Source: Ignavibacteriota bacterium (lineage in GTDB: Bacteria; Bacteroidota; Ignavibacteria; UBA10030). Taken from it: a stretch of DNA of 64,000 bases. The position numbers were made by a program, and so were the translations under genes. Shown here one piece after another: positions 28,451-37,805 of this stretch; position 1 is the stretch's first letter, and each line of letters opens with the position of its first letter. Below the pieces are notes generated by a model. The model saw nothing but the letters and a program-made list of their open reading frames with translations, was not told the DNA's origin and ran no database searches. The stretch spans positions 2,073 through 66,072 of the forward strand of contig RPQN01000016.1 of NCBI GenBank assembly GCA_003819715.1, given 5' to 3'.

Positions 28451-29170
28451 TTATTTCGTTTCATTCTTTTCCATGCATTCCGGTCCCTCATGGCGGGAGT
28501 CGCTCACATACGAAGACACAGGGAATGCCTCCATTTGAGCGGCAGGGTACGGGAGGAGCAGCTTTTTGAGGTCTTCAGTATTTTTATTCTCTCGGTCAAG
28601 CCATTCATCATAATGTCGTTCCTGCAGTATGACGGGCATGCGCGTATGGATTTCAGCCATGAGCGTGTTCGGCGTGGTCGTCACGATGGTAAAGCTTGGG
28701 AATTCCTCGCCTTTTTCATTTTTCCAGACTGAAAATAATCCTGCAAACAGAAACGTTTTATTATTTTTCATACGGATACACATGGGTTGTTTTTCATGCA
28801 CCTCCACGGTCTTTCCCTTCACTTCCCTCTGCACCGTTGTTTTTTTCCACTCGTAAAAGGCATCGGCAGGCACCAAACACCGGCTCGATTTGAAATACGG
28901 AGTGAACAACTTGCTCTGGTCCAGAGTTTCGGATTTTGCATTAAATGTCGTTGCCTTCACTTTCCCGTCGCTCGACCAGTGCGGTATAAGCCACCATTGC
29001 ATTTTTTGCAGGAGAAGCTCTCCGTCGCGCCGGACAATCACGGGCATTCGCTGCATGGGTGCGGCATTGTATCTGGGCAGATCGTCCAGGGCATCTTTCC
29101 TGTTGCCTAAATTTCTTCCTACCAGTTCAAAAACCATTTTTCCATTAATGAAGGCATACCGTCCGCACAT
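28451..29170 (-). CDS. SOS-response-associated peptidase (SRAP/YedK), abasic-site processing protein
   Basis: The N-terminal MCGRYA has the catalytic Cys at position 2. It is 239 aa. Confidence 0.85.
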   Translation of the reverse strand: MCGRYAFINGKMVFELVGRNLGNRKDALDDLPRYNAAPMQRMPVIVRRDGELLLQKMQWWLIPHWSSDGKVKATTFNAKSETLDQSKLFTPYFKSSRCLVPADAFYEWKKTTVQREVKGKTVEVHEKQPMCIRMKNNKTFLFAGLFSVWKNEKGEEFPSFTIVTTTPNTLMAEIHTRMPVILQERHYDEWLDRENKNTEDLKKLLLPYPAAQMEAFPVSSYVSDSRHEGPECMEKNETK

Positions 29171-29265
29171 ACCGAGGTCCTCTTGATCGTTGGAACCGAT
29201 TCTGCTGCTTCAATATAAAGCATATTTTTAAAACTTCGTCGTCGTTCTTTCTCCGGCCATGGATC

Positions 29266-30411
29266 TCACCCTCTCGTTCTCTCAATCATATGAGTGAGAA
29301 GAGAGGGATAAACCGTCAACGCAAATTCTCCGGCTTTTTTCCCGGGTGCCGAGAAAAGAAGCTGCTGAATTTTCCTGGCAAGAGAAATGCGTTTACGAAA
29401 ATTGAATTTCCACCGTTCACTGTACATCCGTTGCATGAGAACATCCGGGAGTGCATGTTTTTGCCCCTCGTCCAGCACGGATGCAAGGATCTGCGCACTT
29501 TCCATTGCCATACCGATTCCATCCCCCGCGAGGGGTGCAATCACCTGCGCCGCATCACCGACCATATACATTCCGTTGACAATTTGCTGTTTTGTCCCGA
29601 AATAGATATCCGGCGTCCCGTAAATCGGGAAAGAGGAAAGCAGGCCGATAAAATCGGACGAAACCAGTTCAGCAAAATGATGATTGATCTTCAGCAGTTC
29701 CTCGATCCGCGCCCTCGGTTGAATTTCGCCGGCCGAACGGTCTTCAAGAAAACAGAGCGTGACCGTCTCATCGTTCACGACATTCACTCCGCAGTACATG
29801 TGATGCCCGGTATACAGGTGAATTTCATGATCGGGCATACTGTTCAGGTACTTTTTGTGAATATGGAATTTCACTCCGACGAGCCGCGATCGGCGCTGCG
29901 GAATATTTCTGTGAAGCGTTTTGTCCAGGGGATTCGATTTCCCGTATGCACATGCGACAGACCGGCTGTTGATCTGTTGCCTCCCTTCGATGCCGGTGAT
30001 CTGCAGCGTATATCCCGTATCCGTTTTTTCAACCTGTTCCACCGATGCCGGCTGGTATACTTCGGCTCCGGCAAGATGTGCCTGATTCAGGAGCATGGAA
30101 TCGAGTGCACCTCTCTTCAATCCATACGCGGGAAATTTCAGATCAGACGCAAATGTTCGCGCGCTTTCCGGACAAAACCGAAATGAGGTGATGGGGTTGG
30201 GAGAAAGCGAATGGAATTCTTTCATGAGCTGCAAATCATCCAGAATTCGGACCACTTCTCGTGATAAAAATTCTCCACACAGCGTCTCCCGGGGAAAAAA
30301 GCGCTTTTCTATGATGCATGTGCGGAACCCTTTCCGTGAAAGGTATAACGCCGCGGTGGAGCCCGCAGGACCTCCTCCGATAATTGCAATATCATACTGT
30401 GGTTCTGTCAT
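29266..30411 (-). CDS. FAD-dependent oxidoreductase/monooxygenase (SrsC-like tailoring enzyme)
   Basis: It has the Rossmann motif YDIAIIGGGPAGS. The ATG at 30411 overlaps the methyltransferase stop as ATGA. Confidence 0.75.
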   Translation of the reverse strand: MTEPQYDIAIIGGGPAGSTAALYLSRKGFRTCIIEKRFFPRETLCGEFLSREVVRILDDLQLMKEFHSLSPNPITSFRFCPESARTFASDLKFPAYGLKRGALDSMLLNQAHLAGAEVYQPASVEQVEKTDTGYTLQITGIEGRQQINSRSVACAYGKSNPLDKTLHRNIPQRRSRLVGVKFHIHKKYLNSMPDHEIHLYTGHHMYCGVNVVNDETVTLCFLEDRSAGEIQPRARIEELLKINHHFAELVSSDFIGLLSSFPIYGTPDIYFGTKQQIVNGMYMVGDAAQVIAPLAGDGIGMAMESAQILASVLDEGQKHALPDVLMQRMYSERWKFNFRKRISLARKIQQLLFSAPGKKAGEFALTVYPSLLTHMIERTRG

Positions 30412-31094
30412 GGAACCTTCTTCAGACAGACCAGCCATCGGTACGCCCATTTCCGGCGGATGGAAAACGAATTCGGCGAAAGCGTCATGCAGAGCCTTGT
30501 GAGCTCCATTTTTGTAAATCCCTTACGCACCGAGAGCGGGCCGTCATTTTTTACCATGGCGCTCCGCGAGAAAAGCCGGGTAAGAATTGAAATGCCGATA
30601 TACGCAAAGAGAGAACGGCGCAGGTCATTGATGACGATCCCATACCGCGCCGCATTCATCAAGGTACGAAGGATTCCGTGAAGCTCTTGTTCCGTAAAAT
30701 GATGGAGAAAGAGAGAAACATGAATAATGTCAAACGACTGATCCTGGAACGGCAATGCAAACACCGACCCCTGGACAACCGTTATGGAAGGATGGCGCTT
30801 TGCGGCGGTGCGGCATGCGCCCTGATTCAAATCGAAGGCAGTGAACGACACATTGGCAAATTTCGTTTGCACCGCATCAACGATATCCGCCCCCCCCGCT
30901 CCAACATCTAAAATCGATAATGCATCTCTCCGGGGCAGATCAATCACGAGAGAGTTGATCCCTTCCAGCGACGTTGAACAACCGCCCAGCCATCGATTGA
31001 TCCGCGCGAGTTCCTGGAATGCATCATCGAGAGGCTCGCCCTGAATCGACATGTCGTCCATAATTTCTTTTTGAAAACTCCGTTTAAAAAACAT
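30408..31094 (-). CDS. Class I SAM-dependent methyltransferase (SrsB-like)
   Basis: It has motif I ILDVGAGGADI. Its start overlaps the PKS stop. Confidence 0.8.
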   Translation of the reverse strand: MFFKRSFQKEIMDDMSIQGEPLDDAFQELARINRWLGGCSTSLEGINSLVIDLPRRDALSILDVGAGGADIVDAVQTKFANVSFTAFDLNQGACRTAAKRHPSITVVQGSVFALPFQDQSFDIIHVSLFLHHFTEQELHGILRTLMNAARYGIVINDLRRSLFAYIGISILTRLFSRSAMVKNDGPLSVRKGFTKMELTRLCMTLSPNSFSIRRKWAYRWLVCLKKVP

Positions 31095-32182
31095 TACGCT
31101 CCTTTGAGCAAAGCAATTTCCATGGTCAATCCCGGGCCGAATGCGATCGCGCAGACGACTTCGCCTGCTTCGATCGTTCGCGTCCGAAGGAGGTCTTTCA
31201 TGACAAACAGAATCGATGCGGAGGACATATTCCCGTAATTTTTCAGTACCGTACGTGAAGGACGCATATCTTCATCGCTGATCTGCAGCCCGTTTTGCAA
31301 TGAATCCAAAATCGCCCGCCCGCCCGGGTGCAGTACCCAGTGACGGATGCTTCGAGGATCGATCCCTTGCCCTGCAAGAATTTTCCCCACAACGGGTACT
31401 GCCTCGTCCAGTATGAGACGCGGGAGTTCCGGAGAAAGGATCATCTCAAATCCGGTGTTCCCAATTTTCCATCCCATAAATCCGGCTGTATTCGGAAAAA
31501 GGTGCGAATGCGTACTGAGGAGATGCAATTGGGGCGCATACTGCGGATTTCGGGAAAAGAGCGCGGCGGCACATCCATCAGCAAATATCATATTTGCCAG
31601 TATATTGTCGCGGGTCGGTTCTGTCTGTAAATGCAGACTGCAGAGTTCCACCGCAACGAGGAGTGTGGTACTCTCCAGGTCATTTGCCGAATGAAGCGAT
31701 TCGAGGACAGACGTCAAACCAATCAGTGCTGCCGCACATCCCATAAACCCGATATGCGTCCGCCGGATATCGCCTGGAAGATGAAATTCATTGATCAAAT
31801 ACTGATCGACGCCGGGAGCGTAAAAACCCGTGCATGAGACGGTGATCATGCGGCGGATGGATGACGGATCACTGTGCGTCTCATTCATGAGTTTTGCGAC
31901 CGCTTCTTTCGCAAGGACTTTTGTCCAGTGTTCATATTCCGTCATCCGGGTTTTTGTGTCGGGTCGTTGGACGCCGTTTTCAAGGGGATAAAACCGTTTA
32001 TCGGGCGTGAGTTCTGCATCCGGGACAACGACATAGCGCGTTTCAATTCCGGAATGCTGCAAGGCGGCATCAAATAACCGGGCAACCGCCGGACGTAATC
32101 CCATCCTCGTTTTCAATTCTTCTGTTGCTTTGGTTTGTGTTACTTTGTACGGCGGAGAGGCAGTGGTGATATGAATAAGCAT
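31094..32182 (-). CDS. Type III polyketide synthase (chalcone/stilbene synthase family; alkylresorcinol/alkylpyrone synthase-like)
   Basis: The active-site Cys lies in VSCTGFYAPG. His and Asn regions are present, and the C-terminal GFGPG-like sequence is AFGPGLT. It is 362 aa. Confidence 0.85.
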   Translation of the reverse strand: MLIHITTASPPYKVTQTKATEELKTRMGLRPAVARLFDAALQHSGIETRYVVVPDAELTPDKRFYPLENGVQRPDTKTRMTEYEHWTKVLAKEAVAKLMNETHSDPSSIRRMITVSCTGFYAPGVDQYLINEFHLPGDIRRTHIGFMGCAAALIGLTSVLESLHSANDLESTTLLVAVELCSLHLQTEPTRDNILANMIFADGCAAALFSRNPQYAPQLHLLSTHSHLFPNTAGFMGWKIGNTGFEMILSPELPRLILDEAVPVVGKILAGQGIDPRSIRHWVLHPGGRAILDSLQNGLQISDEDMRPSRTVLKNYGNMSSASILFVMKDLLRTRTIEAGEVVCAIAFGPGLTMEIALLKGA

Positions 32183-32451
32183 TGCAGTTTCCTGTTACCG
32201 TGAATGCACAATGAATTCACTATTGTTCAACGATACGGTTCATCCAACATTGCAAAGAGAATTCACCAATATCGATTTGAAATAAACATGGGCAAACGTT
32301 CCTCTCGCAGAGTACTGCAAAAGTTCCCAATAAACAACGGTAAACCATGGCTCCAGGTTCCTGAGAGAACGAAATCCACGTATTGCAACCTCTGTAAAAA
32401 TATTCCGTATCTCTATCTCAAGGCAGCATCCCATTCAAATCGGAGGATATC

Positions 32452-33261
32452 GTGCGCATTCCCTTACTTCTATCCATTGTCGTGTCGTTCATGGTCACAT
32501 CTGCGTTCTCACAAACCTACCGGGAGATCAACAAAACGCTCCCTCTTAAACCGGACGGAAAACTTATTATCGATACATACAAAGGAACAATCTCGATCAC
32601 CACTCATCATAAACCTCAGGTTGAAGTGTACGTCAAGATAGAATCGGACAACAACGATACAGAGGAAGCGGACCAGGAGGTCAAAGAGACAGAAATTGAT
32701 TTTCAAAACGCCGACGATGAAGTGGTGATCCATACCGATTACAGTAATGTCGAACGCAGCAGCCATCACGATTTTTGGGATTGGCTCTCTGATCCGCAGG
32801 GATCGTCGAATATTCTCCCGCTCGTCCATTATACCATCAAGATGCCCCAAACGGCGGACCTGAAGATCAAAGATTATAAATCTGTTTCCCGCATCGGAGG
32901 ATTACATTCAACACTGACCTTCAACACGTATAAAGGCACCGTGGACATTAGCGATCTCACCGGAGGGATTGATCTCGAAACATATAAAGGCGATGTGAAT
33001 ATTTCGTATTCGTCATTGAAAGACGACAGCCATTTCGAAACGTACAAGGGGAACATTACCGTGTCCGTGCCGAGACAAACGGGTTTTGAATTACGGACAG
33101 AATTCGGAAGGCGCGTCGAATTTAACACCGACTTTGATGTCGAGACCCGGGAACGCGACCGGAAACACCATCAATTGGACTATTTCGGCAAAATCAACGG
33201 AGGCGGCCCGTTGATTCACTTGAACAGCGAAAAAGGGGAAATTCGGCTGCGATCAAAATAA
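32452..33261 (+). CDS. DUF4097-like exported beta-helix/adhesin-like protein
   Basis: It has a signal peptide and repeated TYKG.I.I/DI motifs. Confidence 0.6.
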   Translation: MRIPLLLSIVVSFMVTSAFSQTYREINKTLPLKPDGKLIIDTYKGTISITTHHKPQVEVYVKIESDNNDTEEADQEVKETEIDFQNADDEVVIHTDYSNVERSSHHDFWDWLSDPQGSSNILPLVHYTIKMPQTADLKIKDYKSVSRIGGLHSTLTFNTYKGTVDISDLTGGIDLETYKGDVNISYSSLKDDSHFETYKGNITVSVPRQTGFELRTEFGRRVEFNTDFDVETRERDRKHHQLDYFGKINGGGPLIHLNSEKGEIRLRSK

Positions 33262-33300
33262 TATTCGCGTGAGTGGAGAGTAATTTTCATCCCTCTTAAT

Positions 33301-33332
33301 AAAAATGCCCGGCTCAGCCGGGCATTTTTTCT
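33301..33332 (+). terminator. Rho-independent terminator (GCCCGGCT-cag-CCGGGC followed by T6)
   Basis: It is a perfect GC-rich hairpin followed by a TTTTTT tract, immediately after the DUF4097 gene. It is flanked by A5 upstream, so it may act bidirectionally. Confidence 0.55.
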
Positions 33333-33390
33333 CATGAGCAATTGACGGAACCTGTTCCGTGATACTTCTCTTGATCCATCTCTCATCACA

Positions 33391-34122
33391 TCAATTGAAC
33401 ACTTCTTCAATTTCCTGATATTTTGTGTGCAACGAATTGATCTTATCCGTGATCGCCTTCCTCTCTCCGGCATGCGCCGCGGCTTCCAGCTCACGGAGTG
33501 CCGTATCCAGATTGGACCGTGCTGCAGTGAATGCCGCACTTTTCGACTCCTGACGTTTCGATAACTGCGCCTGATTTAAGAGGTCCATTTTTTCACGCAA
33601 TCCGATAACAGAAGATCTTATCTTTTCCAGTTCCCATTGCGGGAGGTAATAATGGTACACCACATAGAGCACGGAATGGAATGCAGCCAATTCCTTTAAC
33701 GACGGACGGATGATCCGGACAAGTTTTTCGTATTGACGATGCAGATCTTCCGCAGCTTGAAGCAATTTCTGACTGTCGACCGGCGTTACCGCAGCTTTAT
33801 ATTCCTTAACCACGCTGAGGAGTTCTTTGATACCGTTCTCCCATGCTGCCTGTTTTTCCCTTAAGATTCCCGGTAGTGTTGCTGTGACCACCGCCTGCGT
33901 AAGTTTGTCTATCTCAGGCGTCAATTCTACCAGCATCTTAATGTTTTTATCAGGCCATGCCGTATGCCAGAGGGGATAAATCACGCTGTGAAATTCAGAC
34001 AGGGCAGGCACCTGTGCATTGGCATCTGCGAGAGCGATGGAATCCTTTACCTGACTGTAAAGAACCTGAGCAGATAAAACGAGAACAATGAACGTGCAGG
34101 CAGCATTTCTTATTGATGTGCG
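33391..34122 (-). CDS. Hypothetical exported protein with an internal repeat (FHSV(I/L)Y...)
   Basis: The start at M22 gives the signal peptide MRTSIRNAACTFIVLVLSAQVLYSQ. It has two helical repeats. Confidence 0.5.
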   Translation of the reverse strand, partial: RTSIRNAACTFIVLVLSAQVLYSQVKDSIALADANAQVPALSEFHSVIYPLWHTAWPDKNIKMLVELTPEIDKLTQAVVTATLPGILREKQAAWENGIKELLSVVKEYKAAVTPVDSQKLLQAAEDLHRQYEKLVRIIRPSLKELAAFHSVLYVVYHYYLPQWELEKIRSSVIGLREKMDLLNQAQLSKRQESKSAAFTAARSNLDTALRELEAAAHAGERKAITDKINSLHTKYQEIEEVFN

Positions 34123-34165
34123 CATAAAAGATGTCCTTTCATAGAATAATTCTTCGGATATGGTG

Positions 34166-35581
34166 TCACCAGTCAACAACATCAAGTGAGTGGAAGGTCC
34201 GTACCCTCGGATCGAGAATAATATCAGAATATCTGAGAGGCGTTTTGAGATGAAGTCCGGAAAACGATCTGCACCGGCTCAGGGCAACGTACGCTTGTCC
34301 ATGGGCAAACGCACCCCTTCCCAGATCGATAATGACATTATCAAACGTCTTTCCCTGACTCTTATGGATGGTCATTGCCCACGCAAGCTTTATCGGATAT
34401 TGCCGGAACGCACCGTTCACCACCGGTTCGATGCTTCTCAGTTCACGATCGTATGCATAATCCAATTTTTCCCATATGGACGGTTCAATCGTGTGTACCG
34501 TTCCGCCAAAGGAAACTTCGATGGTCTCTTCTGTGAGATGGTGAACGACTCCCAGGGTTCCATTGACCCAGCGCTTATTCGGGTCGTTTTTCACCATCAT
34601 CACCTGTGCGCCCACTTTTAATTTAAGCTTCTTGTCTGTCGGAAAAGATTTTTCATCGAATTCACCGTCGATGATTGATTCATAACTATATTCCCGGGTT
34701 GTCAGTGCTGAAAGTCTCTGGAGGTTGATTGCCGAGGCGAGGGCATTGGTACTGGTCAGCGTAATCGCAAGATCGTTCCGTCCGATTATTACCGAAGGAT
34801 GATACCGCTGGTTGATCACATCGATATCAGATGGCCCCATGGTATTGTTGCGCACCTTGTTAAGAAGCCCGATAAATTCCGGGTCGGTTTGACGGAAGAC
34901 GTTCTGCAGTTCAATTTTTTGAAGCCGCACCTCGTTGAACACATGAGCGCTGAAAAAGAAAGGTGTTTCATAGAAATCACTGTAATATTCGGCAAGGTCC
35001 TCATCCACGATCGGCGGCAGCTGAAATAAATCTCCAATAAGCACCACCTGCACGCCGCCGAACGGTTCAGAGAGCCGGTTGCGGTTGACGCGCAGCGACT
35101 GATCGACGGCATCCATCATATCCGCCCGGACCATAGAGACCTCATCAATGACGAGGGTATCAAGCGCAGCGAATAATTTTCCTTTCCCCCGGATTTTTTT
35201 GATGTCCGCTTTGGTAATCAGATGGAACGGAAACCGGAAAAACGAATGAAGCGTCGATCCGCCGATATTAATTGCGGCAATACCGGTCGGCGCAAGAACG
35301 ACGGTTTTCTTTTTTGTCTTTTCCTTAAAATATTGAAGAAGCGTCGATTTCCCTGTTCCGGCATTTCCCGTGATATAAAAGTGATGTTCCGATTGTTCGA
35401 CACGGTCAAAGGTTTCGGAAAACTCCCGGGTGAGCTGAAAATCCGCAGGAATTCCAATGGCATTCGTGGAAAAAGGCTGTATTTCGCTTTTTTGTGGAAG
35501 GACAGCTGATGTTTTTTTGGATTTGGAATATGGTGAAGTCAGATCGGTCGGTTCAGAAATGGATTTAATGCGTTTTTTCAT
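34166..35581 (-). CDS. Pif1/RecD-like ATP-dependent DNA helicase
   Basis: It has Walker A GNAGTGKST, Walker B LVIDEVSMV, and the motif V/VI region TIHKSQGKTFD. Confidence 0.8.
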   Translation of the reverse strand: MKKRIKSISEPTDLTSPYSKSKKTSAVLPQKSEIQPFSTNAIGIPADFQLTREFSETFDRVEQSEHHFYITGNAGTGKSTLLQYFKEKTKKKTVVLAPTGIAAINIGGSTLHSFFRFPFHLITKADIKKIRGKGKLFAALDTLVIDEVSMVRADMMDAVDQSLRVNRNRLSEPFGGVQVVLIGDLFQLPPIVDEDLAEYYSDFYETPFFFSAHVFNEVRLQKIELQNVFRQTDPEFIGLLNKVRNNTMGPSDIDVINQRYHPSVIIGRNDLAITLTSTNALASAINLQRLSALTTREYSYESIIDGEFDEKSFPTDKKLKLKVGAQVMMVKNDPNKRWVNGTLGVVHHLTEETIEVSFGGTVHTIEPSIWEKLDYAYDRELRSIEPVVNGAFRQYPIKLAWAMTIHKSQGKTFDNVIIDLGRGAFAHGQAYVALSRCRSFSGLHLKTPLRYSDIILDPRVRTFHSLDVVDW

Positions 35582-35594
35582 ACCGCAAGATACC

Positions 35595-35800
35595 GAAGAA
35601 TGTCAATAAATACTATCTGACCGACCTCGTTATCCTCGCTCCCAGCTCATTTACCCGCAATCTTTTTGGCGGGGCTTGAGAGTGATTTCCCGTTATTCGA
35701 AGAAGAGCTTTGATCGTTACCTCGTTAATGTATGCGTCTTTATTTACTCGCTCCCAAGCTCTGCTTGGGAGTGTTCATGGTGGAAGCTCTGCTTCCATAA
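35595..35800. repeat. REP-like imperfect palindromic repeats (left flank of the RAYT gene)
   Basis: There are two units beginning cctcgtta.. with ctcgctccca(a)gct. One contains the palindrome cccaagc-tctg-cttgggag. The segment ttattcgaagaagagctt is shared with the right flank. Confidence 0.5.
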
Positions 35801-35804
35801 GACT

Positions 35805-36338
35805 TTACCATTCTATCTGAACATTAACTAAGCCCTGTTTACCTTCGAAATTTCGCGCACTAGAATAACGCCAATCTCTGGCTTCATCAACATATCCGCG
35901 TCGGACCGGATTATTATGTATATACTCGACCTTCTGATGCATCATCGCATCATTTGCAATCTCTTCCGGGTGGCTTCCTTCCTGCCAGAGTTGATAATCA
36001 CTTTTCGTCTTATGCCTTAGTTTGTTATATCTCAACTTTTCAAGAATTGAAATATTTTTGCGCTCAGTAAAGTAATCAATGATGCTGCGAGCGGTGTACG
36101 ATTTAAATGCTTGAATCACTTGACTCAAGTTATCATCTCGGATAATGACATGAACGTGATTCTCCATGAGAACATATGCAAAGAGAATTGCGTTTTGTTC
36201 TTTTTGAAGGTAACGCAGTGAATCCAGAACCATTGCTGCCACTTCCGGATTCGCAAAGATCGGAAGCCAATCCACTACGGTCATTGTCAGAAAATGAGGA
36301 TAGTCTGTATTATATATTTTATAACGACTTCGTCCCAC
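35805..36338 (-). mobile_element. REP-associated tyrosine transposase (RAYT, IS200/IS605 TnpA-like Y1 transposase)
   Basis: It has the HUH motif HVHVII and the catalytic Tyr in FKSYTARS. It is 177 aa and intact. Confidence 0.85.
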
Positions 36339-36339
36339 G

Positions 36340-36600
36340 AGTAGCTTCCCTTATTCGAAGCAGAGCTTCAACCCATTCTTGTTCCCAATCGGAGTTTGGG
36401 AACAAGAGATATCGACGCCATCCGATAAATCAGATGGCTGTTGAATTCGCTAAACCCTTCGGGTTTCGTATTTTCAAGACGTCCATTTTAATGGATGGCG
36501 ATGAAAGAATGACTCTCTCCTGCTTCCTCTTCACCATACGATAAATCGTATGGCTAATAGCCTTGCGAAACCCTTCGGGTTTCGACTAACGAGGCGTCCC
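36340..36600. repeat. REP/BIME-like array (right flank of the RAYT gene)
   Basis: It contains ttattcgaagcagagcttc, the palindrome gttcccaa-tcggagt-ttgggaac, and two tandem units of about 55 bp. Each unit has ccat(c/a)cgataaatc(a/gta)tgg and aaaccc-ttc-gggttt hairpins. Confidence 0.55.
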
Positions 36601-36660
36601 GCATTGCGGGATGCCGTTGTAAATAAAAGAAGCCCGGGTTCACCGGGCTTCTCTTGTTTC
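36601..36660. terminator. Two consecutive GC-rich hairpins (tcccgca-t-tgcggga and gaagcccgg-gttca-ccgggcttc), bidirectional terminator-like
   Basis: The second hairpin is followed by TCTTGTTTC on the plus strand and by TTTTATTTAC on the minus strand. It lies downstream of the PorV-like gene. Confidence 0.45.
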
Positions 36661-36700
36661 ATTGGACTTCTTTCAACTTGGCTTGGAGAACGTATTCCCC

Positions 36701-37723
36701 CTACAGGCCCAACCCAACACTAAACATATGGACACTGGTGAGAACTCCAAAAGAGATATAGGAGTAATCAACTTTCAAGGTAGTACCGCCAATTTCATAT
36801 CGGATGCCGCCGTCAGCGTGAAAACAAAATTCCGAATCCTTTGCAAAGAGCCCTTTATATCCCGCTCGTAATGCAATCAGGTTCTCGAACACATACTCCG
36901 CCCCCACATTCATATACTCTGCATCGTCACTCGGATGCAATGCATCGGCGGAGAGAGTCAGGTTGCTGTTCGCCCATCCCTTCAGAACATCCATCGAAAC
37001 TCCCAGGCGGAACAACAGCGGCAAATCATAGGGATCGGTGGATAATCTCGAGTTGATATTTCCGTTATTGCCGGCGACGCTCGGATAGACGTCATGCTGC
37101 ACTTGAAAATCCTGGCCATCGAGCTGCATTTTTGTCCCGTAATTCGATATGCACATGCCCAGTTTCAAGCCGTTAAAATGAGTATCAAAAAGAGCGCCCA
37201 CGTCAAGTGCAAAACCGTCTGCATTGCTGTGATACAGTCTCTCATTGATATATTTCACATTCACACCGATCGAAAATTGATCGGTGAGATTGCGTGAATA
37301 GACCAGACCAAACGCATAACTCCCGGCATCAAAAAATTCCCCCGTGCCGTCGGGGCTTTCCGTTGTGGTTCGTTCGATCTGGTCCATGGTCAGAAATGTT
37401 GCATTGAGACCGAGTGTGCCGAAACCGCCGACGGGAACGACCACGCCGGCATAATTGAATGAGATATCAGCAATCCATTTGGTGCTTGAAAATGCCGCCT
37501 CAAAATTATTCATCCGTGCAACGCCGGCAGGATTCCAGTACATGGCCGAGACGTCGTTCGCGATGGAGACATAGGCACTCCCCATCGCCGTCGCCTGCGG
37601 CCCGACATCAATGGATAAAAACTTTGCAGCAGCAGTGCCGACCTTGGTGACACCTCCCTGCGCGCAGAGAGTGGAATACCCCAACAGCAGTAATCCCAGA
37701 CAGAGTACAATAGAGTTTCTCAT
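36701..37723 (-). CDS. PorV (LptO)-like T9SS-associated outer-membrane beta-barrel
   Basis: It has a signal peptide and the N-terminal region GTAAAKFLSIDVGPQATAMGSAYVSIANDVSAMYWNPAGVA, which matches the PorV-family signature. It ends in an aromatic-rich barrel terminus. Confidence 0.6.
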   Translation of the reverse strand: MRNSIVLCLGLLLLGYSTLCAQGGVTKVGTAAAKFLSIDVGPQATAMGSAYVSIANDVSAMYWNPAGVARMNNFEAAFSSTKWIADISFNYAGVVVPVGGFGTLGLNATFLTMDQIERTTTESPDGTGEFFDAGSYAFGLVYSRNLTDQFSIGVNVKYINERLYHSNADGFALDVGALFDTHFNGLKLGMCISNYGTKMQLDGQDFQVQHDVYPSVAGNNGNINSRLSTDPYDLPLLFRLGVSMDVLKGWANSNLTLSADALHPSDDAEYMNVGAEYVFENLIALRAGYKGLFAKDSEFCFHADGGIRYEIGGTTLKVDYSYISFGVLTSVHMFSVGLGL

Positions 37724-37805
37724 TTTCGTAGTTCCAATTTTTAAGTGCAACAGTCTTGGAAAAAACATGCGTATGTCGTTATTTTTCTTCATCGATGTTC
37801 TCCCC

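Noticed and set aside
36176-36544. A 122-aa plus-strand ORF spanning the RAYT 5' end and the REP array.
   Set aside because: It reads through palindromic REP units. Its composition is repeat-driven.
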